DNA of 64,000 nt from Tubulanus polymorphus (GCF_964204645.1 NC_134027.1:13734485-13798484); one strand, 5' to 3'. Shown: positions 24,372 to 38,448, counted from the first letter of the stretch. Numbers and translations are program-made. The notes: a model not told the origin generated them from the letters alone.

Positions 24372-26410
24372 ATTCTTGGGACCAGTGGGAGGTTGTCTGC
24401 AGCAGGCAGCAACCCACTGGTCCGACCTTTTCGGAGACGGTTGGCCCTCCCGGGTCATCTCTACGTGGCTACTGTGTCCGTTTCCTAAGGCGACCGCGCC
24501 TGACGAGGTCACCTCCCGACATGCGGCCAAAACCAGGTCAGGAGGCCTTAATCTCTCCGGCTCTCAAGGAATTGGCCGAGAAGGGAGCGATAGAACCAGT
24601 TTGCAACGAAACTTCTCCCGGCTGGTTTTCTCGAATATTCATGGTACCAAAGGCCACAGGGGGTCAACGGACGGTGATAGATCTGTCATCCCTCAATCGG
24701 CACCTAGACATTCCAAGGTTCCGGATGACCAAACCCAATGACGTGATTCAAGGGCTCCGTCCGGGTCAATGAGCGGCTTCGTTGGACCTGAAAGATGCTT
24801 ACTTTCAGGTTCCAATACACCCAAAATCTCGGCGATTTCTCAGGATAAAGTGGAAAGGCCGCCAGTTCCAATTCAGGTCTCTTCCATTTGGCCTCAGTAC
24901 GGCCCTGTCGGTTTTCACCAAGTTGGTCAAGTCAGTTCAGAAGGTACTTCAGTCAAGGGGTGTTCGACTGTTCGTTTACCTTGACGACTGGTAAATAGTC
25001 GCGAATTCGGCTCAGGAATGTCGGGAGGCAATGACCTCAGTCTTGGACTTAGTCCATCAGCTAGGGTTCCGCGTAAACAGGGAAAAATCTCAGTTGACGC
25101 CGGCCCAACAGTTCACTTATCTCGGCAAGGACTTCGATCTCCGAATCGGCAAAGTCTTTCCGTCTATGGCTCGAGTAGCCAAACTTCAAGAAGCTGTAGC
25201 GATAGTTTCCACAACGCCGAGAACAGCTCGTTACTGGTCACGGCTTCTAGGCTCCATCAGCTCCATGGGTCTGGTGGTGCCCTTAGGCCGCCTCAGAAGC
25301 AGGCGCTTGCAACAATATTGGAAGGTCTTCTGGTCTCGGTCGAAGGGCAACTGGGAGACCTTGATTCCCGTACCTCCAACCGATTTAAGTCTGGATCTTC
25401 AGTGGTGGGCGGCAACTACGAATCTTCGGCGTGGGGTGTCACTAGCCCCGTTAGAGGCTCCAGTTCGTGTATTCACGGATGCCAGTAACCAAGGATGGGG
25501 GGCACATCTGGAGAACCGAGTCAAAGCCGGGAGATGGTCTCGCTACGAGGCCACCAACCACATAAATTTCCTAGAAATGCTGGCGGTGTGGAAGGCCCTG
25601 AAGTTCTTTCACAAGGAGAGTGGAGGGCCACCACGTTTGGTTAGCCACAGACAATTCATCAGTGAGGACTTACCTTCAGAACCAAGGGGGCACTCACTCA
25701 GAAACCCTCACAGGTCTGTCGGCCAAAATTCTTCTTTGGTGCCAGACAAAGGGCGTGTCCCTGACTGTGGCACATTTAGCAGGGAAAAGGAACGTGTTGG
25801 CCGATGCTCTGTCTCGTCGAGGTCAGGCTATTGCGACAGAATGGGTTCTCCACCAAGAAGTAGCCGATCGGGTTCGGGGCATGTTTGGCAATCCGCTGCT
25901 GGATCCGTTTGCCACCCGGTTCAATCGGAGGTGTCCTCTGTTTGTGTCCCCGTTTCCAGACGCGGAAGCGTGGGGGTCGATGCCTTCTCTGTGGACTCGT
26001 CGGGGATGCATACGTATGCGTTCCCGCCCACACCAGTCCTGCCGCGCTTACTGGATCAAATAGAGAGATCAGTCAATTGCAACATAGTTCTGGTAGCACC
26101 ATGTTGGCCAGCTCAGAAATGGTTCCTACCACTTCTCAACCTACTGTGCGACAACCCCAGGATTCTTCCGAATTTCCCATCGCTTCTGTCTTGGGGGAAC
26201 TTTCGGCATTATCCAAACAGCCAGTGGTTAAATCTGCTCGCCTGGCCATTGTCCAGCGATCCTTGTCAGCTTCAGGCTTTTCAGAACAGGCTGCCTCCTT
26301 TATCGCAGGATCTAAACGGCCATCAACAAGTACCATTTACGATGCCAAATGGAGCCATTTCGCGGATTGGTGTGCTGCAGGGGAAATTGATCCATGCTCA
26401 CCCTCTGTAG
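24360..26410 (+). pseudogene. DIRS pol (RT, RNase H, Dam-like MT), disrupted
   Basis: FMVPK, LDLKDAYF, LPFGL, YLDDW*, FTDAS..GWG, HINFLE, ADALSR, YAFPP; stops at 24770 and 24992 plus frameshifts. Confidence 0.93.
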
Positions 26411-27300
26411 CTCAATTGGCAGATTTTTTACTGCACCTATTTGTAGTAAAAGGTTTGCAGGTCATAACTATTAAAGGTTACCGCTCCGCGATTTCTCATA
26501 CATTGCGTGCTTCTGGATGGCCAAATGTAACAGGGGATCATCGGATATCCCAGCTTGTTGCAGGGTTTTCTATTTCCCGGCCTCGGGATACCAAGGATAG
26601 TTCCACCATGGGATCCGTCTGTAATTTTGAAGAAGTTAATGGAGGCTCCATTTGAACCTCTTTCGGCAGCGTCATTTGGGAATTTGTCAAAAAAGACTGT
26701 ATTTTTGCTGTTCTTGGCTTGCTCAGCCCGTCGCTCTGAGATTCATGCGCTTTCAGTCCGACAAGGTCATATTGTCTTTGGGCCAGCGAAGGAATTTGTT
26801 TCGCTGCGGCCTGCTTTGGAATTTTTTGGCAAAGAACCAACGACCAGGCTCGGTTGGGCGTCAATGGCGAATTGAAGTCCTAAAACATCGAGTGGAACCG
26901 GGCATCCCGGACAGTCCTGTGCGGGCGTTGTGTTTCTATTTAGATCGCTCTGCTTCACGGAGGGGTTCACGGGAGCGGTTATTTATTCCGCTGCTGGATC
27001 ACCTAAAGGGTGATATTTCACGGGACACAGTGGCCCGATGGGTCTCTTCACTGATCAAGGACATTTTATTGAAGGAGAATCTTTCCTCAGAGGGAGTGGT
27101 TTCTCATCAAGTGAGGTCTATGGCTACTTCCTGCGCAGCCTTTTCGGGTGCTCCGTTGGAGGAAGTCTGTCGGGCAGCCTTTTGGAATTCTCCATCGACA
27201 TTCACGTCATTTTATTTACGGGATGTTTCAGGCCAGTTAGGCTCATTAGCTTCACTTGGTCCTGTTGTCATGGCTCAAGGTGTCCGTTCTTTCCGATCGG
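26070..27300 (+). pseudogene. DIRS tyrosine recombinase, frameshifted
   Basis: SARRSEIHAL, HQVR, FW..TFTSFY motifs across three frames. Confidence 0.9.
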
Positions 27301-27884
27301 ACGTAGAATATTTATGTTGCATCATCAGGATCACAGGGGGTATATCCTTGTACATAGTTTGGGCTCATATCTGCAAGTATTAATTTTGCAAAATTCCGGG
27401 GGGGGCCCCTGAGCTGGACGAACTCACTGTGGCCAACCGGTCTTCCCTGTGCTACAGTGCTCCATTCCGTGCTTGGGTAAGTGCTCTCTTTTTCCCTCTT
27501 ACCTTGCGTTTGAGCGGTGGTTTTTCTATCTACCTTTCCCACCATCCTTGTGCTAGGCTAGTCTAGCAAAAACCATAGGAAAGGGTACAGTACTCGACGG
27601 AAATATTACAATTTTTGGAACTAAAATTTGTATTTCCGAGTAGTACTTACCCTTTCCTATGGTGGGAATCCCGGCCACCTGCCCCGCATAGCTGGTTTTT
27701 TTTTTTGGTCTGCAATGACGTAAAAAGATGGCGGATTTCGCCGGTGGCTTAATGCAATACCGCAGGGCCTGGTCGTATAGAAAAACCATTGGTGATCAAT
27801 CCAAATTTAGAAAATATTGGCAAAAACCATGAGAAAGGGTAAGTACTACTCGGAAATACAAATTTTAGTTCCAAAAATTGTAAT

Positions 27885-28530
27885 TTTTCAGACTTTGATG
27901 GCGGATGATACTAATACCTTTGCTTCCCATAAACAGTACAGAATTTTGGAGAGAACTGTCAATTTTGAACTTGCAAATTTGGATGTCAGGTTTAAGTCAA
28001 AAAAAATTAAATTTCATTTAATCTTGACAAAACACATTTCATGGTGTTTAGTAGAGCTAAAACAAAGGACTTCCGAATTAATGATAATTTAAATTGGAAA
28101 GCCCATATACAGAATATTGCCAAGAAAATGGCACAAGGTATTGGTATCATCCGACGCTTATCATATTTTGTTCCACGATCTGTTACTCTAAAATTGTACT
28201 ATTTTCTTATTCATCCTTACATTCATTATTGTAACTTGACTTGGGCAAATAATACCAGTACTTCTTATCTTAACTGCCTTGTGGTATTACAAAAGAAACG
28301 GATTAGAGCGATTACTGGAAACGGCACATGTCACCTTTATTCAAAAAGTACAAACTATTGAAATTAGAGGATATCAACAAACTACAAATTTGCCAGTTCA
28401 TGTACTTATATGATAAAAATGATATTCCTAAAGCCTTTGATGATTTCTTTCTACATAATTCACAGATTCACAACCACAACACTGGAAATAGTACCAATTA
28501 CATCACTCATTCACCTGCTGAAGCTTCTAT
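27885..28530 (+). pseudogene. CR1/L2-group LINE RT 3' fragment
   Basis: ADDT, LNWKAHI, LKLYYFLIHPYIHYCNLTW, LQKK, LFKKYKLL. Confidence 0.85.
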
Positions 28531-29059
28531 ACATTAGTAGCAAAAGCTTGTGCGTTAAATAAATAGTTAACCTATATAGTACTACTCATCTCGTTACTTA
28601 TTTTAAACCAGGTTAACACGGCTACTCTACAAATAATCCAAACAAAGAAACCTTTAGGTTTTCAACATTGGTTGACGTCTATGACGTCATGCCAATGCTA
28701 GTAAAATGGATCGAAAATAGAAGTACGAAAAAATAGCGCCGACTCTTCTCATTTTCATAGTAACTTCAAATTGTCACTCCGTTCACGTCAAACATTGGAA
28801 ACAGCTGAAAATTACTAAAAAAAAATTTCAATTATTCCCCACAACATAGCGTCACAACATAGATTTCTGATTTAATGGTCCAAAAAGTTATTCGATCGCA
28901 TTTTTCTCGTTCATTATCTGGTTGATGAGAGCGGGTTAAACAATCGCGTAGCGATATGTCCGCATTGACATTGGCAGTAAAGAATGGGGAACAGCCTCTT
29001 CTGAATAGAAAAACATAAAATTATGTACCTCCGGTTTATAAATATCACAGTGTTTGGAT

Positions 29060-29790
29060 AATTCAATTCAATTCTTTATTACAACTTAAAAGTTTTACAG
29101 TAAAACATACAAGTATATAATGCAATAAAGGAAAAAAAAAGCACAATTAATTTTACAGAGTAGAAAATTACATTTAAAATTTAAAAGAAACAGGATAACA
29201 TATTTATGGAACTAGCATGATTTGGAAGACACACTCCAGGGCTCTGTCATGAGAAAACTGGAAGAAGCATATGTATATACTACCAGGGAGGTGGGAGTGG
29301 AAAACCAAGTAGAGGGTTCACTTCCACCTCCCAGGCATATCTTACAAAAAGACCCATTTCTTTTGTCTGTTTTTTGTTGTATATAGTTACAGAAAAGGTT
29401 ACAGATCTCAAAGTCGTTACCATATGACATCAGGAGAATAAAAAGTTCATCCTCGGAAAAATTGTCGATGGGTATAATTAATCGGAGCGAATTCAAAAAG
29501 TTTTTCCTTTCGGTGTCATATAATTGACATTGGAGGATGAAATGTTGCTCATCCTCAATTTGGGCCGAATCACATAACCTACAAATTCTGTCCTTAGCAG
29601 GAACAAAAGGCTTTTTATATCTGTCAGCCTCTATTCTTAGTTGGTGTGCGCTTGTTCGTAACCTTGCAAGAACCTTGCGTTTATAAAAATTTTTGATATA
29701 TAAAAGATATCTTTCAAGGGAGAAATTATACTTGAAATGTTTGTATGTTCTTAATTTAGATTTCTCCCTACCAAGATCATTGGAGAACAC
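29060..29790 (-). mobile_element. 5'-truncated non-LTR retrotransposon 3' end (RTE-X-like)
   Basis: SKLRTY..ERYL..RLRTSAHQLRIE..RICRLC..EDEQHF..C C-terminal motif; AATAAA followed by a (GAATT)n tail. Confidence 0.8.
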
Positions 29791-29982
29791 AAAGGACGTC
29801 CAATTATATTTATATAAAGCCTGGGTATATAATTTGAGTTCACGTGCAGTTTTACAAAAATTAATTGAGCCTGGATATCACTGTTATTCCAACTATCAGT
29901 ATCCATTGGATTATTTGGGATAAATTCTCAGCGTCAGAATACGTATTTCTAGAGCAGTGGAACGGCAGCCTACTCGTGACTT

Positions 29983-30190
29983 TTCAATTCAATTCAATTC
30001 AATTCATACTTTATTGATCCTTGTCGAAATATTACAACATCAGATATATACAACAATTAAGTGAACACATTACAATCACAGTTACAAACAAGAGAGACAA
30101 GTTGAAAAGAGAAGAAAGAGAGGGAAAAAAACAAAACAAAACAAAAACAAAAAACATATGTAACAAAAATACGATTTACAAGTAATTGAC
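29983..30190 (-). mobile_element. LINE 3' tail remnant
   Basis: AATAAA followed by (TGAAT)n on the minus strand. Confidence 0.5.
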
Positions 30191-30666
30191 TGAAACCCGT
30201 ATGTGATCGTGCGGGAACGCCTTTACTAAAGTTAAATCCATTTCATGATGATACGAAACATCAACGGTAGGCTACTACCATGATACGATATCACCAATAA
30301 AGATAGATCATTTTATTCAATTTTACCAGAGTTGTTTATTGGAGGAAAATATCATTGTTAAGTACACCGAGAACAACCATGTTGTATCATCAATCAGTTG
30401 GCTGACATTGTAAAATTCAATTCGGCTATATTCTAATATAAGTTTTCACTTTAGGACGCCCTACCCACCTGCTGCGCACTCATAAGGCGGTAGCACCCTC
30501 TTACGCACTCGGCAGAGATTCGCTTTGTAACGCGCCGGGAAAAAATACCTTTTATTATCTTTTCCATGCGTTAAACAACAGTGATTAAATTTACACGTTG
30601 TTTGTCGTAAATTGCAAAATTGCGATGGTTATTTGCCGCTGCTGTAGTTTTTTGGAATTGAATCGA

Positions 30667-30883
30667 GCGGCCTCGGTAGCTCAGTGAGATAAGGCGTGAT
30701 GCTGTTGAATCCACTATCAATGCTGAGTGACAAGTGGGTTCGAGTTTTGCTGGCTGCGAACAGTGTGCGGGCAACACTTCAAAGGCCGTACCGTCGTGAG
30801 GTTAAATGAACAATCCAATAATCTTGGGAAACCAAGATCCAAATGACGTACGTAAAGCCAAACAAACAAAAAGACAAACAAAC
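30667..30883 (+). mobile_element. tRNA-derived SINE
   Basis: A-box-like TAGCTCAGTGAG, B-box-like GGTTCGAGT, (AAAC)n tail. Confidence 0.7.
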
Positions 30884-31488
30884 AATCATCAGCCGGCCTC
30901 AGTGACACCAACACCGGCATCGCTCTCTGCGACGTTTTGCATGCATACATGCATCAGAGCTTGGAGCTCTAAGATAGAGGGTCTTGCAATTGCATTCATT
31001 TTCATTATTCAGTGGGGCCTAACAGTTCATGCGTAAAAATGGGTTTTTGTATCCAAATCTTGATTGATATAAATATCTTGGCTGGGACATGATGGAAAAC
31101 ATCAGAATAAACTAGTTTCGTCTTTTTAACAGAATCGCATTAATGAGGTTTAACAGTACAAATAGCCTAGGCTAAATCGTTCAGCAGAAAATAAATTCAT
31201 TTTCACGAATAAAATCGTACTAGACAAATAGACCTTTAAGTCTGTGGTCCACCCAATCAACATCGTCATAGAAGATTTGCCGGCAGATTTAAAACATTAT
31301 AACCACTTAATACCACAGTATAATCTACCAATGCTTCAAGGCCCATGGGCCTCTTGTTTATGACTCCTTTCATTTTGCATGTTGATACAGTCATGCAGAA
31401 AACCCGTTATTGCTGCTTTGCAGCTACTTTGTAAGATTGTAATTTGAAGTTTTCATTTATACCCGGTATGTTGATGTTGTTATTTTAG

Positions 31489-31554
31489 ATAAACACAAAA
31501 AGCAAATGAAACCCTTTACGAAGATCACTCCAAAGCACAGCACTCCAATGTGTG
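31489..31554 (+). CDS. Putative host gene internal exon (DKHKKQMKPFTKITPKHSTPMC)
   Basis: TATTTTAG acceptor, GTGAGT donor, 66 nt, open in phase 1-1. Confidence 0.55.
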
Positions 31555-31990
31555 GTGAGTAATTTTTGTAGTTAGGCTAAAAAAATAATAACTTGTTTCT
31601 CTGCAGCGGCCGGGGCGGAAAAAATCATTCTGTGAATTTAGTTGATTTGGTCATTGGGAGGAATATTTCTATTTGCACAAGTCTGGGAAAAAAGCTTTTT
31701 CTGAAATCGGATGGATGACCTTGATATGCTAATTAGCCATGTGCTCAAACTGTAAATCCAATCAAATTTTATTCTGCCAAAAAAAAAACCAATTTAATGT
31801 TATTTTATTGAACAAATAAAACATCAAATCCAATTCAAGTTTGTTTTATTGAGCAAATTTCAGAAAGTTCAATTTTATTCCGCATTCAAATTAGTAAGAC
31901 AAAGGGAGAAGATTTATCTGAGGTATTTGTTCCTGCCAGCGCCAGTTGCTGTGTGTGCTACTTATGAAAACACGATTGTATTGTGTAAAG

Positions 31991-32235
31991 TTCACGATTG
32001 ATAGAACACTATATCCATGTTGACGCGATGTAGAGAGAATCCCACAATTATAACGAAAAAGTCCGAAAATGAAACTTCGAGATAGTAGTTTATTTCAACG
32101 TTTCGACTATATCCTAATAGTCATCTTCATTATTCCTGAAGATGACTATTAGGATATAGTCGAAACGTTGAAATAAACTACTATCTCGAAGTTTCATTTT
32201 CGGACTTTTTCATTATAATTGTGGGATTCTCTCTA
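31991..32235. mobile_element. Palindromic mini-PLE (tail + inverted ribozyme-bearing pLTR ends)
   Basis: 12-bp TSD TATTGTGTAAAG (31979-31990, 32236-32247); ~99-bp inverted arms closely similar to the termini of the PLE at 8110-11496. Confidence 0.9.
32130..32176 (+). ncRNA. Minimal hammerhead ribozyme in mini-PLE
   Basis: TTATTC-CTGAAGA-T-GACTAT..ATAGTC-GAAACGTT-GAAATAA (1-nt insertion in the 3' strand of stem I). Confidence 0.8.
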
Positions 32236-32389
32236 TATTGTGTAAAGGTTTGACTCTGAGCTGGGAGTGTATTTTGACAAATATAACCCACAGAAGTCAG
32301 CCCCTTGGGGCTCTTGTTTTTTTAGCCTTATGCACTCATAGTTTGTTTTATTGTGAGCTGTTAAGTATTCAATTGTTCTATATTTTCAG

Positions 32390-32660
32390 ATAATTCGGTA
32401 TTAAATCTGTCTCATAACACCCATATTAATGCTGAAAACAAATTACCTCCTAAGGCTAGAAAGAAGAAACGCTTCATTTCATCTAATTCCGACGGTGTAT
32501 GTCCAACTAATGTTTCTAAGAAAATTAATAATTCTGTGCAAGATTCCAGTTTGCCAGACGAGGAGTCAATATCTACTCAGTCACAAATACACCATATGCA
32601 CCATCCTCCACGAGTAGCAGTACAGGTGCTTACTCATAATGGCAGCATATCATCAGATGA
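32390..32660 (+). CDS. Putative host gene internal exon (low-complexity, basic PPKARKKKR patch)
   Basis: TATTTTCAG acceptor, GTAAGT donor, 271 nt stop-free in the phase set by the previous exon. Confidence 0.6.
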
Positions 32661-32759
32661 GTAAGTATTAAATCTGTAGTAAATCCAATTATTTGCTGTG
32701 GTTGGCTTATATTGCGAGGTAAACTATCAACCCTTTCACTATGTGGTACATAGTCACTG

Positions 32760-34666
32760 CCGAGTCAACATTTTTAGTCGGCCTGAGTTCTTTTTTCGTC
32801 ACTTTGCTGACGTTTTGGCAACCGCCTAATAGCATGTCCGTCAATTCCCCGACTGTTTTCCAACGTCATCCGCCGATTCTCCGACCAAACCCCGTCCATT
32901 TCCGTCAATTCCCCAACTATCTGCCAATGTCATCCAGGAACCAGTATGAGTAAGATTAACCTCTTCAACAACATAACAACCTCAGGCAACTATAGATAAT
33001 TACATGTACAACTTCATTTTCTTCTGCAGCAAAACAAAAATTAATACAGAATTATACAGTTTCATAGTTGAGATAAAATAAGGGAATAGAAATTGGAAAC
33101 ATTTCAAGCCAAAGAAAATGGCACCATCTTGCAGATTAATACTAGCCTATCATGTAATATACATGTATATGGACAATATCTCTAGAATATATAAGTGGTT
33201 TGGTTTTTAATCTAATTTTTTGATGAATTACAACGGATTAAGTACATAAACAAATACTAAGTAAATTTGCACAAAGCAACATTTGCATGATTAATGCCTA
33301 AAATACCCATATAAAGTTTTTCTACAGAATTTTAGCCAAACCCACTTTCTATTTCATTTGATTATAGGCCTGCCATGAGCAGGTTTTAACTGCTGTTTAA
33401 TTATTTGCCAAAACTACAGAAAACTACAGAATTATTAGGATTTTTGGCGTGTTTAAGCCAAAGTTTGATGCACCCCCAATTCCCTCATTCACCGCTCAAT
33501 CATTGTTGGAGTCTTTTATGAGAAGGGATCATCCGTACAGCTTCTAAAAATGTCACCAGTAAATAAGTCCTGACTGGATATCAACGAGTGAAGCTTCGGG
33601 AAGTGATAGGCCTATATCACACCCTTTGACGTTGTACCGTTGTAGAACATGCCCCAACATCATTTCCTCACGAAATTTCTCGATTGCTTTGACAAGCCTA
33701 AAAGAAAAATAAACTGGTATAATAATTGTATTTATAAATTGTATCAACTGCATAGAGATCATAGTAATGAGTCAGTTCAGGTCTAGCTAAAGTCTATTCT
33801 TTTTGTCTGGGATAGCAATTTTTGGGGATATTTCTCATTTTCAGTCCAACAGCGTAGGCAGCACCCAAGCACTAGCTCAAAATGCCCTAAAACCTGATGA
33901 TGTATCCATGATATCAGCTATTAAACCTGAGTCAATCAATTTGTAATCATTACAACATTATAGTACTAATAACCTAATCATTTTAAGTGTTATTTTAGCA
34001 ATAAAATGCATTGAACTTGATGTCACTTCAAATAGGCCTTAAAATTGAAGCAACTCAGCACTAACACTTACCGAACGTAACACTTGTAATCACACTTGTT
34101 ACAACTAGAAGACTGATGAATAGCGATTTTGATAACAAAGAATACGAACAAAAGAGCGAACAGAATGGAACCAAAACTGCGGCGGAAGATCAGCGCACCA
34201 CGCCGGCCTCATTATAAACAAAACCTTCAATTTTTTATTCAGTTTAACAACCTTTTCTAATAACATAATCAAACGTATATGTGTATCATTGATTAATAAC
34301 TGAAGTATTGATATCGTCCTTATTTGAATAATTCACAAATGGGGCGAAAGAGGGCACCACCATCTTGGTCGGTATATGGTTAACGGGCCAACGTTGGCCC
34401 GACGACGAAACGATGACCGTATCAAGAATAAATAATTTTGAAACAAAACTACGCTATACATATACCTACATAATATTTACTATCATATATTGTGATATTG
34501 TATACTTAAATTAGAGCGAATGCATCAGAAATAAGTACTTGCCCCGCCGGGGTCGGCGTGGAAACGTCGGCCCAACGGCGAAGCCGACTCCTTGCCGACC
34601 CACGTCCAAATGCCGACTTCGTCTGACTCAATGCCGACGTCGGGCCGACTGGAAATGTTAACTGGG
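32760..34666. mobile_element. Non-autonomous CACTA/EnSpm-like element
   Basis: Imperfect TIR CC(G/C)AGT(C/T)AACATTT..AGTCGGCC; 2-bp TSD TG; CCGAC-rich subterminal repeats. Confidence 0.7.
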
Positions 34667-36359
34667 TGGTGACTCGCATTTTCATAGAGAATTTTCATAA
34701 TACCCATGCACCATCTATCACTATTTCAGCTACTTTGTACAAACAGTCATAAATATTTAGTGGATCAATATTAATAAATATATTTCTCTAATTGTGCAGA
34801 CTACCTTGCTACACTAAAACAGCCATAACTTTTTTATCTACGGGGAATTTTACCATCAAGTTCTCAGATAATCATCAGAACATACTGCAGAATAGAAAAG
34901 CAGGCTTTTTCTGAAAAACTATATGAATTATGCTAATTAGGTTCATGCGACACATTTGATTAGAATGAAAATTTTTGAAAATGTTTGACTTCTACGTTGT
35001 CCTCTGTAGGTACAGTATCCCTTTCATAACACTTACGGTATCTTTATACCATGGGTTTTTAGTGAAATCACCTAAAGTTCCTATTTCTGGCATATGGTGG
35101 GTGGGTATATGGCCAGTAGTTAATGGGCACCATATTTTATGTTGACAAACATTTTCAGTAATAAGCCACTTAGGTGGTAAGCTTAGTTATGTGAAATTAG
35201 TTTGACAATGGATGAATTATTGAAACTGTCGAAATTACGTTCAAACTCATACCCATAGTATCATCAGGGTTTGGATATGTCCTTAAATTCCTGGAAATTG
35301 AAAAAATGTTTTTCCAGCACTGGAAACTCCTGGAAAATGCAAGGTTTTTTAAGCCAGTCGTAGGCTGAGCCTATTACTATACGAATGGAGCGAATTTAAA
35401 TGACATGGTTTCCAGAGCAAAGGCTCTTTGACTGTGCAACTGAGCATATATTCATACAAATCATTCATTAAAGCATTATCCATTCTCCAAACCCTATGAA
35501 GCTGAATTTTGAAAGAGGGCCTTGTTAAAATTGTTGTGAGCTTTTTCATGAAAATCTGAACGCAAAAATATCTGTTTCAAAAAGCCAATCAGAAAGCAAA
35601 GGCTCCTCTATGATTGGCTTCGCTGCAGAGATCAGCAGGTGTTCACGTGAACCGGCGATATCGCCTACTGTTTTACTTCCAGGTTTCCTTTTAAGATTTG
35701 AAATTGTATTTCAATATCGATTTCTGTGAAATCTTTAATTGATTTGGTTTTTTGGGAGGAATAATTTCATTTGCACTACAGAAAATATCATTGACAATTA
35801 TGCAAAGTCCGAGAAAAATAGCTTTTTCTCAAATCAGATAGATGACCTTGATATGCTAATTAGCCATGTGCTCAGGTCATACTAAAAAGTGTCCACAACC
35901 GACCACAAGCGTCCACAGCCATTTTTAATGCCTAAAAGACACCAAATATACATGTATTTCTAATGATAATTATAATAAAGATAATGATATGTTAATAGTT
36001 ATTTATTTTTGTTACTTAGATTATGCTATATAAAAGTTAATTATATCAGTTTTTGATCAATCTAGTGGTTAAAATGCCTGGCATTATACCTAGGCATTCT
36101 TTATTATTTGTTCTTCTATGCCATTAGGCATTTAACTTAGTGGAGATATTCTCAATACATTAACTTGACCATTTGCTATCACTCGTTGTGATATCGCTTT
36201 AGTGTGAAAGTATATTGCAATTTATTCCTTTCCTTTTCTGGTATCCTTATATAAATATTATAATCATAATTTTTTTTTTCTTATTCATTTGTTTTTTTTT
36301 TTCAGCTCAAACTTATCAAATTTCTTTAAATAGGGCGTTTAGGCAATGAGAATTTTTCT

Positions 36360-38448
36360 ATAGATTTAAAGATGATGAGTACAATCTGAACAACATTCTA
36401 GATGATGAAGGACCTGCAATCTATAATTATAGGTGTCCATATATTGAACCGGATAATTTTTCTGATTTAGTTAACAGTGAAAAAAGTTCTATGTCTAATG
36501 TTCTACAGTGTAACATACATAGTTTCCCAAGTAAAATTGATAATTTGAAAATGTTAATTGAAAATTTGAGGCATCAAAATATTGAACTATATGTAATTAT
36601 GCTCTGTGAAACATTCCTTACTGATCATAATGCTCAAAGTTCTATTTTACAAGGATACTCACTTTATGAGGTACACCGTAAAAACTTAACTAAAGGGGGA
36701 GTTGCACTTTTTATGAAAAATACTTTATCGTTCAGAATGCGGAGCGACCTAAACTTTTATGAGGAAGGCAAATACGAATCTTGTTTCATTGAGATCAGGA
36801 AGGGCAAATCCTTTCAAAACAATTTGATTATTGGTAAATCTATAGAGTACCTGGCACCCCTGTGAATGATTTTATTTCAATCTATGATAACTTACTTAAA
36901 ACTACCAAAAAGGAAAAAAGTGATATTATTCTTGGAATGGATCAAAATTTAGATTATATTTAGATTAATTCTCGTAAAAATACATCCAAATTTTTAGACT
37001 GTTACCTAAATCACAATTTGTTTCCTTCTATCTTGAGACCAACTAGAATTACTCCTTCATGTGCTAACTTGATTGATAATTTATTTATCACCAAATCTCT
37101 ATTCATGGGCCACTAGTGCAATTTTGACCACTCATATTTCAGATCGTTTACCTTGTATAGTATCGTATAGTATAGAAATTACCAAGTATCGTGAAAGCAC
37201 TGAAAACAAGCGTAACCTATCTCATAATAACTTTGCCCTAATCAATAGAAAATTACTAACAACTGACTGGACTGGCCTCGCTCACATGAATGCCAATGAA
37301 AGTTATTCTTATTTTATCAAAAAACTCAGTAATATAGTGGATGATGTAGCGCCTGTAATGAAAGTTAAAGCTAGAAATCACATTAGGGAAGAATGGATGA
37401 CGCCATCCATTTTAAGATCGTCATGGGAATGTGATAAACTATATAAGAATTGTATTAATCTAACTAAAAAATGACCAGAAATATCAGGAATATGTCCTAT
37501 ATAGAACAATCTGAACTATTCAAAAGACGACAAGAACTTGATAACTATTCAGACAAATTAACCATGTTTGAAAAGAATTCTAAAAAGCTCTGGCAATTTA
37601 TGAAAACGGCTATTGGGAAAAACCGAGATAAAACTTCAGTGACAACTGATAGCTTTAAAATTAATGGTAACGTGACATCTGATCCAATGATGATTTCAAA
37701 TGGCTTTAATGATTATTTCTGTAATATTGGAGAAAGATTTGCGAATGAGATTCCAAAATCGAACAGAGACTATACTAGTTATTTACCAAACCAAAAAACT
37801 CAATGTTTCTTAGCCCTACAAATGAACAGGAAATCGATTTACTAATCAAATCTCTGCCCAACACACTCAGTTCTGGTCACGACAATATCAATAATTTAAT
37901 AGTTAAAAAAGTAAAGCGAAATATTAAACCATTAACCATTAACCCTAATAATGAATAAATCTCTGGAGGAAGAAATTTTCCGTGATGACATGAAAATAGC
38001 GAAGATTATCCCTATATTTAAAAACAACGACAAAGATCTTTTTTCTAATTACAGACCAATTTTGCTGCTACCAGTTTTCTCCAAAATCCTCGAGAAACTC
38101 GTACATTCTAGGCTTTATTCTTTCTTAGTCAAGAATAATATAATCTATACAAGCCACTCAACGGGCCACGCTATAACTGAAATTTTAGGCGCCATACTAA
38201 ATAACATAGAAAATAAAAAAACATCTCTTGCATTCTTTTTAGAATTGTCAAAAGCGTTTGATTCCCTTGATGTTAGTCACCTTCTCGTTGAGCTTTCCGA
38301 TTATGGAATAAGGGGTCATTGCTATAAATGGTTGAAAGTTATCTTACAAACAAAAAAATGTATGTTAATTATAAGCTGAATACAGATTCTCAATTAAAAC
38401 ATCAAATTTGGTGTCCCCCAGGACTCGGTACTCAGTCCATTGCTTTTT
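36360..38448 (+). pseudogene. Degenerate CR1/L2-group LINE ORF2 (APE endonuclease + RT)
   Basis: CNIHS, LCETFL, GGVALF, IDN, SDRLP, NYRPI, SKAFD, GVPQ; many frameshifts. Confidence 0.9.

Larger units (their letters stand above)
21637..27884 (+). mobile_element. DIRS1-type tyrosine-recombinase retrotransposon, copy 1 (defective)
   Basis: Inverted terminal repeats, internal complementary region 27566-27662, gag / RT-RNaseH-MT / YR ORFs. Confidence 0.96.

Noticed and set aside
28613-28939. TTAA-flanked piggyBac-like MITE
   Set aside because: Terminal repeats match too poorly.
30667-30760. tRNA gene
   Set aside because: A-B box spacing too long, no clean cloverleaf, and it has a SINE body and tail.
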